Positions 15,495 to 22,443 of a DNA stretch of 44,492 bases are shown in pieces. Numbering within the stretch: the stretch's first letter is position 1; each line of letters begins with the position of its first letter. Made by a program: the position numbers and the translations under genes. The DNA is from a virus, in the IMG/VR virus record IMGVR_UViG_3300045996_001114, positions 1 to 44,492 of that record. One strand, written 5' to 3'. A model generated the notes under the pieces. That model did no database searches. It was not told the origin of the DNA and was given only the letters and a program-made list of their open reading frames with translations.

Positions 15495-15776
15495 GTGTTC
15501 GTGGTTCGAATCATTGCAGATGCCGAGCGGGTGGACTTCAAGGCGTTCGACCAACTCCCCGGCGCCCGCCAGCGGCTCGAGCAGTATCGGCAATACACCG
15601 ACGACGGGGAGCTAGACAGCATCGCCATCTTTGAAGTGCCCGGCGCTACCGACCCGAGAGCCGCAGTCGAAGCGGTGAAAGCTGGCAACAGCGCATTGCT
15701 GCGCTTGGTCGATTTCCACGAGTCCCGAGATATTCGGATCGAACGCCTTGCCCAGAAACTGGAGTTCAAGCTCTGA
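15495..15776 (+). CDS. hypothetical protein (93 aa), IS passenger
   Basis: GTG at 15495 after GGAGG. Ordinary composition. The stop overlaps the next start (TGATG). Confidence 0.55.
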   Translation: MFVVRIIADAERVDFKAFDQLPGARQRLEQYRQYTDDGELDSIAIFEVPGATDPRAAVEAVKAGNSALLRLVDFHESRDIRIERLAQKLEFKL

Positions 15777-16003
15777 TGCCTAAAGGTCCACGCGGAGAGA
15801 AACGACCAGCCGACGCCATTGGGCGCGCGGTGCTGATCGGACGAATCGCTACCGGCGAGGTTGAGGACGAGCGCGAGGCGCTTTCCAGTGCTGCCGCCGA
15901 GCTTGGCCGGAAGGGCGGCAAGAAGCGCGCCGAGAACATGACGCCGGAGCGCCGCCGCGAGATTGCTCAAGCGGCGGCAGCAAAGCGTTGGAGCAAGGCC
16001 TAG
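15776..16003 (+). CDS. small basic protein (75 aa) with KGG-like C-terminal motif, IS passenger
   Basis: MPKGPRGEKRPADAIGRAV...LGRKGGKKRAENMTPERRREIAQAAAAKRW. I recall this pattern as a widespread small alphaproteobacterial protein of unknown function. Confidence 0.6.
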   Translation: MPKGPRGEKRPADAIGRAVLIGRIATGEVEDEREALSSAAAELGRKGGKKRAENMTPERRREIAQAAAAKRWSKA

Positions 16004-17190
16004 CCGTCCTTCCCGAAAATCCGGATCACGTTGGATTCGCCTGACCTGTATTCCTCTTTCAAGGTCGGTTCCGCTCGCAGCTGGGCGGTCTCTGACAGGG
16101 TGCCTGGCTCAAGATCTGCCAACTCTTCGATATCGGACGGGGGGAACGGTAGGGCCTTGAGTATCGCCGATGGCGATTGCACGCCTTCCTCGATCAGCAT
16201 CTCGAAGCTGCGCCGGATCAGGTGAGGCTCTTCCTTGAGCATCTTGCCATCAAGCGGCTCGCCCGTGCGCCAGCCGCGCCGATTGTAATTGATCCAGAGC
16301 CGCCGATATTCGTCGTCATCGATGATATCTAGCGAACGACAACGCATTATCATCGCGCCTACCGACGCGCCCCAACGCTCTTTGAGCGTCAGAAAGCCAT
16401 CAAGGGACGGAGCATAAAGCTCCGCCGAAAACTCGAGTTCGGGCAACAGCATCGCCGACGCGATCTGATCGGCCTGTTTCTCTACGTTCTTGTAATAGGC
16501 GCGATCATTCAGCCGCCGCTGCGGAATGTTGGCGTGGGCAACGATATGGACCAATTCGTGAAGAACATCGAAGCGCTGCCGCGCAGCGCTGGCCTTGTCT
16601 CTCGATAGCATCACGAAGGGAACGCCAAAGCGATCCGACCACTGGGAAAACGCATCCAGCTTGTCGGCGCGAACGTGAATGCGGGACACAAGGATGCCGT
16701 TGGTTTCGAGATACTCGATCGTGTCAGGCATCGGTCCCGGACGGATGCCCCAATGCTCCCGAATCGTGGCTGCCGTACGCTCAACAAAATCGGAGTCAGC
16801 GAAGTCGTCGTCGGGCAATTCGATCTGGGGGATGTTGAGCGCCGGGAGGTCAAAATAGGTGGCGATGTAGTCCACCATTTCTTTCATCCATTCCAGCCGC
16901 ACGTGGGCACGGTCCCGCGCGATGGGAGGGGCCGAAAGACGCGCCCGCCAAAAAATGGGGCGCTCATCCGCAGCTGGGATGGGGCGCAAAAAGTAGTCGT
17001 GAGGAAACTTCAGCTGCGACGCTAGCTTGTGCGCCACGTCAAGCTTGGGACTCTGATGACCGTTTTCGTATTTCGAGATCGATTGCACACTCACGCCAAC
17101 TAGGTCCGCCAGATCGGTCGCACTGATCCCCCGTGCGCGCCGAGCCTCGGTCAACCGAGCACCAACAAAGCCTTGCATCACTACACTCAT
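16000..17190 (-). CDS. XRE-family HTH fused to ImmA/IrrE (M78) zinc metallopeptidase with extra C-terminal domain
   Basis: N-terminal HTH LTEARRARGISATDLADLVGVSVQSISKYENG. HEXXH site FDVLHELVHIVAH. About 110 aa of unassigned C-terminus. The ATG at 17190 overlaps the upstream stop (ATGA). Confidence 0.85.
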   Translation of the reverse strand: MSVVMQGFVGARLTEARRARGISATDLADLVGVSVQSISKYENGHQSPKLDVAHKLASQLKFPHDYFLRPIPAADERPIFWRARLSAPPIARDRAHVRLEWMKEMVDYIATYFDLPALNIPQIELPDDDFADSDFVERTAATIREHWGIRPGPMPDTIEYLETNGILVSRIHVRADKLDAFSQWSDRFGVPFVMLSRDKASAARQRFDVLHELVHIVAHANIPQRRLNDRAYYKNVEKQADQIASAMLLPELEFSAELYAPSLDGFLTLKERWGASVGAMIMRCRSLDIIDDDEYRRLWINYNRRGWRTGEPLDGKMLKEEPHLIRRSFEMLIEEGVQSPSAILKALPFPPSDIEELADLEPGTLSETAQLRAEPTLKEEYRSGESNVIRIFGKDG

Positions 17191-17861
17191 TTGGTCTCGC
17201 CTGTTCCGGTTCCTTCGTCGTCCTTGACCTTCCAGCTGGGCGAACGGCGCGGTTCGACCTTGCGCGGTGCTGCCGGGAATGCCTCAAGAATTTCCGCAAC
17301 CGTTAGTTCGACTGCCCAAGCCTTGCAGTCGGCAGATGGCAGGCAGAACTGGATCGAACCCAGCCGCTGCTCTTCGGGCTTGAAGCGCCGGCCAATGGGG
17401 TTGTGCGCTACCAACCCGTACAACGAGCGCATCTGGAATGCGTCGGGCGGTTCATCACCCAAGTCGAGGCGGGGAAGCCCCACTGTGTTGGCAAGGCGTT
17501 CGCGGAAGCGGGCGGGCTGGGGGAGCGCCCCGATCTCCTGCACATAGGATTGCGTCATGGAGACGCCGCCCTTGAACACGTAGGCGTGGCACCGGTTGTT
17601 CTGGACAATCGCGTTCATGGAAGAGGACAGGCCGTGTTCGTCGGCCAGATCGACCAGGAGTTTCTCCATGCGGAAGTGGCGGCGCTGGAGCAGATCGTCG
17701 ATCTTCTGGTCGGGGTGCACCTTCGTGTCGGCCTTCACTTCCTCGAAGGTGTCCGCGTAGATGATTTGGGAGCGCGCGCGCAGGTCAGTCCAGAAATTCG
17801 CGGGGGTATCCCGGACGATGACGTCGAGAGCAGATGTTCGGAGCTGTTGGTAGGCGTCCAT
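17187..17861 (-). CDS. hypothetical protein (224 aa), first gene of the operon with the HTH-ImmA fusion
   Basis: Ordinary composition with no motif I recognise. GAGGGG lies 12 nt upstream of the ATG. Translationally coupled to the downstream peptidase gene. Confidence 0.65.
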   Translation of the reverse strand: MDAYQQLRTSALDVIVRDTPANFWTDLRARSQIIYADTFEEVKADTKVHPDQKIDDLLQRRHFRMEKLLVDLADEHGLSSSMNAIVQNNRCHAYVFKGGVSMTQSYVQEIGALPQPARFRERLANTVGLPRLDLGDEPPDAFQMRSLYGLVAHNPIGRRFKPEEQRLGSIQFCLPSADCKAWAVELTVAEILEAFPAAPRKVEPRRSPSWKVKDDEGTGTGETK

Positions 17862-17947
17862 GCGATTCTAACCCCTCAACGATTTTCCCGCGTTGCACAT
17901 TTATGCTCATAGCTTAAAGAGTTTCGTCCCGCAAGCGCTGATTGTGC

Positions 17948-17976
17948 TTGACCCTAAGCATAAAAGTTCATATCAA
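17948..17976 (+). promoter_or_regulatory. putative transposase promoter TTGACC-17-TATCAA
   Basis: Near-consensus hexamers with a 17-nt spacer. The ATGs at 17978 and 17984 lie 1-7 nt after the -10, so the transcript may be leaderless. Confidence 0.4.
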
Positions 17977-17977
17977 A

Positions 17978-18865
17978 ATGCGCATGAACAAGCTGCCTCT
18001 CGCCAAGCGCACCCAAATCCTCGCCATGCTGTGCGAGGGTTCGTCCATGCGGTCGATCAGCCGCATCGCGGATGTGTCGATCAACACGGTTGCCAAGCTG
18101 CTGGTCGAGGCCGGGGAAGCCTGCCTTGCCATCCATGACGAGACGGTGCGCAACGTGAAGGCGAGCCGTATCCAGTGCGATGAGATTTGGTCGTTCTGCT
18201 ACGCCAAGCAAAAGAACGTCGCGACCGCGAAGGATGCGCCGGAAGGCGCTGGCGACGTGTGGACCTGGACCGCTCTGGACGCCGACACGAAGCTTATGGT
18301 CGGCTACTTCGTCGGCGACCGCTCAGCTGAGAGTGCGATGATCCTGATGGATGATCTGCAAGCACGCCTCGCCAATCGCGTCCAGCTCACCACTGACGGC
18401 TATCGCCCTTACCTTGAGGCGGTCGAGGGCGCGTTCGGCAATGACGTGGACTATGCGCAGCTCGTGAAGCTTTACAGCGAGCATGGGGGGCTAACCCCGG
18501 AACGTCGCTACAGCCCCGCCCATTGCACCGGCGCCCTCAAGCGCCGGGTGGCGGGGCGTCCGGACCCCAAGCATGTCAGCACCTCGCACGTCGAGCGCAT
18601 GAACCTGTCAATCCGGATGCAGAACCGCCGCTTTACCCGCCTGACGAACGCCTTCTCGAAGAAGCTCGACAACCACATTCACGCGCTGGCGCTCTACTTT
18701 TGCTTCTACAACTTCTGCCGCATCCACAAATCGTTGCGCATAACTCCCGCGATGGCAGCTGGCATCACTGACCGCCTCTGGACGTTGGACGACATTGTTG
18801 CGAAGATCGACGCGCTCGCCCCGGCTCCCAAGCCGCGAGGCCCCTACAAGAAGCACGCGGCGTAA
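17978..18865 (+). CDS. IS1-family-like single-ORF DDE transposase
   Basis: N-terminal HTH RTQILAMLCEGSSMRSISRIADVSINTVAKLL. QCDEIWSF..., TTDGYRPY..., and ERMNLSIRMQNRRFTRLTNAFSKKLDNH...FYNFCRIHKSL, typical of IS1/ISMhu11-type transposases. Confidence 0.75.
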   Translation: MRMNKLPLAKRTQILAMLCEGSSMRSISRIADVSINTVAKLLVEAGEACLAIHDETVRNVKASRIQCDEIWSFCYAKQKNVATAKDAPEGAGDVWTWTALDADTKLMVGYFVGDRSAESAMILMDDLQARLANRVQLTTDGYRPYLEAVEGAFGNDVDYAQLVKLYSEHGGLTPERRYSPAHCTGALKRRVAGRPDPKHVSTSHVERMNLSIRMQNRRFTRLTNAFSKKLDNHIHALALYFCFYNFCRIHKSLRITPAMAAGITDRLWTLDDIVAKIDALAPAPKPRGPYKKHAA

Positions 18866-18924
18866 GTTCTATTTCCGTTCCGCGCAGGCTTCCTATATAG
18901 GGTCAGCGAAAGGAGGAACATCGC

Positions 18925-19443
18925 ATGGCAGACTGGTCGCCAGCCATCGCTAACGAGTTCATCCGGAGGGCGGCAGCTGAAGGCAAGAGCCTGACGCAAA
19001 TGCAGCTCCAGAAACTCGTCTATATCGCGCACGGTTGGAATCTCGCGATCAACGGCGAGCCACTGACTTATGACAAGCCGGAGGCTTGGGATTATGGCCC
19101 CGTTTACAAAGAGCTTAGGCGCGCCCTGCGCGCTTATGGCCGCGAGGCTGTAGGTCGCGAAATTCGGTATTGCGAATTCGTGCCGGGCTCGTTTCATGAT
19201 GAGCCGGAAGATGCAGCGGTGGCCTCCCTCTCAGACGCTGAGCGGGCGCTGATCGACCGTGTCTATCAAGACTACGGTAAGTTCCATGCCTTCCAGCTGT
19301 CAGCCCTGACACATGCCGATGGCACTCCGTGGACGCGGGTTTATGCCAAGGGTGCGGGCAAGTTCGACGACATTCCTGCCGATATGATTAGGGATCATTT
19401 TGTCGACCTCGCCAGAACCCGCCGGGCCGCCGCTAACGCTTGA
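18925..19443 (+). CDS. Panacea-domain (DUF4065, SocA/GepA-like) antitoxin-type protein
   Basis: LTQMQLQKLVYIAHGWNLAINGEPLTYDKPEAWDYGPVYKELRRAL matches the DUF4065 core. Strong RBS AAGGAGGAA. Confidence 0.75.
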   Translation: MADWSPAIANEFIRRAAAEGKSLTQMQLQKLVYIAHGWNLAINGEPLTYDKPEAWDYGPVYKELRRALRAYGREAVGREIRYCEFVPGSFHDEPEDAAVASLSDAERALIDRVYQDYGKFHAFQLSALTHADGTPWTRVYAKGAGKFDDIPADMIRDHFVDLARTRRAAANA

Positions 19444-19807
19444 CGACATCGACACCGGCGTTGCCGTTGTCGAGGACGTCAGTGCCCCCGATCCACGCGA
19501 CTTGCTGGAGCGGGCAGCTGCCGAACGTGCTCGGCTGGAGAACAAGCTTGCGCGCTCCCGCATCAAGAACGTCAAAGCCGACCGGAAGATGCGCAAGACT
19601 TACGCGGGGCGCATCCTGCTATATCTGGAAGCCTATTCGGTAGTCGTTGCCCTAATGGTAATCGCTGCAGGATTCGGGCTTTGGGGATTCACGCTTCCGG
19701 TCGAAATCCTCGCCTCACTTGTCGGCAGCACGGCGATTGCAGCCATCGGCCTAGTGGGTTTTATCGCACGCGGGTTGTTCAAACCGCCGCCAGATAACCC
19801 GCAATAA
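19400..19807 (+). CDS. two-TM small membrane protein (candidate PanT-type toxin)
   Basis: C-terminal RILLYLEAYSVVVALMVIAAGFGLWGF and ILASLVGSTAIAAIGLVGFIARGLF helices. The start is uncertain: TTG 19400, TTG 19502 or ATG 19589. Confidence 0.55.
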   Translation: MSTSPEPAGPPLTLDDIDTGVAVVEDVSAPDPRDLLERAAAERARLENKLARSRIKNVKADRKMRKTYAGRILLYLEAYSVVVALMVIAAGFGLWGFTLPVEILASLVGSTAIAAIGLVGFIARGLFKPPPDNPQ

Positions 19808-19860
19808 TCGACCTTCCCGCTTACCTGGCTCAGCTGGTGGGCGGCCTACAAGAAGCGGCC

Positions 19861-20106
19861 CTAAGCTACAGAATGGCGATTGACGATCAGGTCAAAGAGG
19901 TCGCCGGCAGCCTCGAAAGACGGGGCCTTTGCCAAGATATCGAGGGTTTCAAACATCCCGGACTTGCGAGAGCGCATTACGAAATAACCGTTCCCACCGC
20001 CAAGTGTGTCCTGCTCGAAATGTTCTTCGTATGTTTCTGGCGAAATTGGTGATACGTAGAGCGTGGTCTCGGAATCGATTGCAGCCCTCAGGATGACATC
20101 GTCCAT
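19861..20106 (-). CDS. hypothetical protein (81 aa), IS passenger
   Basis: Acidic, non-repetitive sequence. Its ATG (20106-20104) overlaps the ATG of the divergent 248-aa gene. Confidence 0.5.
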   Translation of the reverse strand: MDDVILRAAIDSETTLYVSPISPETYEEHFEQDTLGGGNGYFVMRSRKSGMFETLDILAKAPSFEAAGDLFDLIVNRHSVA

Positions 20107-20851
20107 GTCAGAAACCCCGAACTATCAGTTCCACCGCAAACCCCGTTTCTCTGCCAATCACGTGGCTGAGTATCTCACCACACAAACAGCGACCCAGCGC
20201 GAGGCTGTGATCCGGAGGGCGAAATTCCCTCGTAAGGTATCCCTCATCGCGTACAGTCAGGCATTACCCGCAATCGGTAAATTTCTATCCACCAACTCCG
20301 GCGACGTGTCGTATTTTGACGACGTCCTGGCGCGCCTTGCGGCCAAGGAACGCCGCGAGCAAGGATATAACCGCGACGAGGCAAAGCGCTGCCAAGCAGC
20401 AATCAATGCATTCATCGACACCTTTCGGGCGTCCTCGCTGCGGAAATGCACGTTTGGCTTAGGGCCGCAGGACGTGGCGTTTCCCATTTCAGGCGTGAGG
20501 ATCAACGTCCGGCTGGACGCCCCGATTCTGGAGCAGACTACGGACGGCCAAGCCTTCTCAGGCGGGTGCGTGTTGATCATGGCCAGCACCGACGATGGGC
20601 GCAAGAACATCGAGGAGCGCAAGAAGCATGTGGCAGCCCTCGTGCACTGGGGGCTGGAGATGACTTCATCCCAAATCGAACCGCATCCGCGGCTTTGCAT
20701 GTCGTTCGACCCGTTCGGGCGGGACATTGTGAGGGCGCCGACGGCAATCGACCGTTTGCGGCGGTCCATCACATCATCGTGCCACGAGGTGGCATCGCGG
20801 TGGGATGATATCGAACCACCATCCGGGTACGACGGGCCGCCTTGGCATTGA
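20105..20851 (+). CDS. hypothetical protein (248 aa), IS passenger
   Basis: ATG at 20105 (MSETPNYQFHRKPRF...). Ordinary composition. Contains D...E-x-K-like residues (VRLDAPILEQ, NIEERKKH), but no secure family call. Confidence 0.6.
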   Translation: MSETPNYQFHRKPRFSANHVAEYLTTQTATQREAVIRRAKFPRKVSLIAYSQALPAIGKFLSTNSGDVSYFDDVLARLAAKERREQGYNRDEAKRCQAAINAFIDTFRASSLRKCTFGLGPQDVAFPISGVRINVRLDAPILEQTTDGQAFSGGCVLIMASTDDGRKNIEERKKHVAALVHWGLEMTSSQIEPHPRLCMSFDPFGRDIVRAPTAIDRLRRSITSSCHEVASRWDDIEPPSGYDGPPWH

Positions 20852-20872
20852 GCCATAATCGCTAAGTCCGAT

Positions 20873-20902
20873 TAGTCCGGCTCGGCTGGCGCGGACTATT
20901 TT
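20873..20902 (+). terminator. rho-independent terminator candidate at the IS right end
   Basis: 7-bp stem TAGTCCG / CGGACTA (20873-20879 / 20892-20898) with a 12-nt loop, followed by TTTT. Confidence 0.45.
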
Positions 20903-20919
20903 CAAAGTGAGACACTACC
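20900..20919 (-). repeat. right terminal inverted repeat (IRR)
   Basis: The reverse complement reads GGTAGTGTCTCACTTTGAAA. It contains the present stop codon of the o-spanin gene. Confidence 0.8.
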
Positions 20920-21238
20920 GCCCCAGAAACCCCCGCCGCGACCGCTTGACGGCCTCGGCGTCGCGAGCCTCGCAGCGCTGCAACAATTCCTTCGCATCGC
21001 GGTAGCGCGCGTCCCCCTTTTCGACCTGTGCGGCCTCGGCAGTTCCGAACCGTATCCACTCCTTGAGCTGGTCGAGCGGGTCAGCAGCTTGAGCGGGCGG
21101 AGGGGCGTGGCCTACGCCTTCATCCCAACTCGACGGCAGAAGGCTCGAGCAAGCGCTACTGGCGGCAAAGATCGGGGGAGATCTGACACAGCCGCTCGCG
21201 GCCAGCAGCGTCGGCACCAGCAGCGTCAGGCGCTTCAT
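20915..21238 (-). CDS. o-spanin (outer-membrane lipoprotein)
   Basis: MKRLTLLVPTLLAASGC is a signal peptide with a lipobox-like Cys. The start is embedded in the 3' part of the i-spanin gene (overlapped architecture). Confidence 0.7.
   Translation of the reverse strand: MKRLTLLVPTLLAASGCVRSPPIFAASSACSSLLPSSWDEGVGHAPPPAQAADPLDQLKEWIRFGTAEAAQVEKGDARYRDAKELLQRCEARDAEAVKRSRRGFLGR
20920..20927 (+). repeat. target-site duplication, right copy (GCCCCAGA)
   Basis: Identical to 15356-15363 and immediately outside IRR. Confidence 0.75.
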
Positions 21239-21479
21239 CAATCTTGCGGGCTGCATCTTCGGTTCCTTTGTCCAGATTACGTTCGCGATCAGCCACCCCG
21301 GAAACAGTCTCAACCACGTCCCTGCCGCTCTGGACAGCCGCCTCGGTGGTGTTCTTGCCTAGCCGCGCCTCTGCCTTCGGTGACGCCGTAACGAAGCTGT
21401 AGAGCCACCATGCGAAGGCGAGCGCGGCGACCAGTGCCAGCAGGCGAAGGCCGAGCTTGAGGCTGAGCCATGCGGGCAT
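21156..21479 (-). CDS. i-spanin
   Basis: N-terminal TM LGLRLLALVAALAFAWWLY followed by a charged periplasmic region. Lies directly after the holin. Confidence 0.65.
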   Translation of the reverse strand: MPAWLSLKLGLRLLALVAALAFAWWLYSFVTASPKAEARLGKNTTEAAVQSGRDVVETVSGVADRERNLDKGTEDAARKIDEAPDAAGADAAGRERLCQISPDLCRQ

Positions 21480-21754
21480 CAGCGCGTCTCCTCGACCGGG
21501 ACAGGGCTATCCGCCGGCTGTTCGATCTGGACTTTCGGGGGCGCTTCGTCCTTCGCCTTCCCGCCCGAGCTCGACCCGAGCCAGAACCCGAAAGCGAGGA
21601 CTGCGAACGACTTCCACGTCCCGATGACATCGCCGGTCATGGTCGCGTCTTTGGCGTAGAACACAGCGTAGCCGGAGAACACGGCATAACCTGCGATGGC
21701 CGCGATGCAGAACGCGACCACGATGGGCAGGTAGGGGATGCGGCCGGAGGTCAT
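21479..21754 (-). CDS. holin (two TM helices)
   Basis: The ATG at 21754 overlaps the endolysin stop (ATGA). Helices IPYLPIVVAFCIAAIAGYAVF and WKSFAVLAFGFWLG, then a charged tail. Confidence 0.65.
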   Translation of the reverse strand: MTSGRIPYLPIVVAFCIAAIAGYAVFSGYAVFYAKDATMTGDVIGTWKSFAVLAFGFWLGSSSGGKAKDEAPPKVQIEQPADSPVPVEETR

Positions 21755-22443
21755 GCCGCTGTCCTCCACGCCGCCGCAATTCGCCCGTCATAGCCCTTTT
21801 GGCCCTTGCCGTTGTATCCACGCGCGAAGGCGAGGCAGTTGGCCGGGTTGCCGTCGATCTTGCGCACAGCACCCACCAGCCCGTTCGCCTCGATGAACCT
21901 GGCGAAGGCGTCGTAGTGCGCGAACTCGTCGCGGCTCAGGGTCCACGCGAAGTCGAGCGCGTGGCTGTAACCGAGCGCTTTCCAGTGCGCGCCCATGATC
22001 TGGAACTTGCCGAACGAGGCGCACTCGAAAGCGGTGCTGGCGCCGAACCGCAGCGATGCGTCCGCCAGCTTCTCCCAACTGTCGTTGATGCCGTCCTTGT
22101 CCGCGTCGACCGTGTAGCCGCCCGGGGAAGGGTTCGACAGGAACGGCACCGCGATCCGAACGCGCCGCCAGAGGTAATGCCGCTCCCAAAGGCACTTGAG
22201 CAGCCCGGCATCATCCCAGCCACCGCCCGCGCTCTCGACCTTGGCGACGGCCTTGATCTGGCGCACCGTGCAGCCGAGACGGGATGCAATGAGGATTAGT
22301 TCCGCCTCTTTCACCGCCGGAGCGGCCTTGTTGCGGAACGTCTCGATGATCGCCGCGCGGGTAGCGGGACCGGGCCTGCCGTCCTCGACCAGCGCCGCGC
22401 CATGCAGGTTGAGCCAGCGCTGAAGCCAAAGCGTGTCGGTCAT
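21751..22443 (-). CDS. endolysin: PG-binding domain + N-acetylmuramidase (DUF3380-like)
   Basis: ATG at 22443. N-terminal LQRWLNLHGAALVEDGRPGPATRAAI (PG_binding_1-like). C-terminal VESAGGGW...ASFGKFQIMGAHWKALGY...ARGYNG. Confidence 0.8.
   Translation of the reverse strand: MTDTLWLQRWLNLHGAALVEDGRPGPATRAAIIETFRNKAAPAVKEAELILIASRLGCTVRQIKAVAKVESAGGGWDDAGLLKCLWERHYLWRRVRIAVPFLSNPSPGGYTVDADKDGINDSWEKLADASLRFGASTAFECASFGKFQIMGAHWKALGYSHALDFAWTLSRDEFAHYDAFARFIEANGLVGAVRKIDGNPANCLAFARGYNGKGQKGYDGRIAAAWRTAA

Larger units (their letters stand above)
15364..20919 (+). mobile_element. 5,556-bp cargo-carrying IS (IS1-family, ISMhu11-like) with eight passenger genes
   Basis: Terminal inverted repeats GGTAGTGTCTCAGTTTCAAA / GGTAGTGTCTCACTTTGAAA (12 perfect, 18 of 20). 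The ends fit the IS1-family GGnnnTG rule. Perfect 8-bp direct repeats flank the element. An internal HTH+DDE transposase is present. Confidence 0.8.

Noticed and set aside
15368-15634. Track ORFs crossing the IS left end or the tRNA-like element (15368..15634+, 14720..15292-, 14310..15002-)
   Set aside because: Arg/Pro-rich shadow translations that conflict with better-supported features.
17949-18905. 8-bp inverted repeat TGACCCTA / TAGGGTCA immediately flanking the transposase ORF, as possible ends of a minimal IS
   Set aside because: It is only 8 bp with no extension and no flanking direct repeat, and the left copy coincides with a promoter -35. The 20-nt repeats plus 8-bp duplication at 15364/20919 are far better supported as the true ends.
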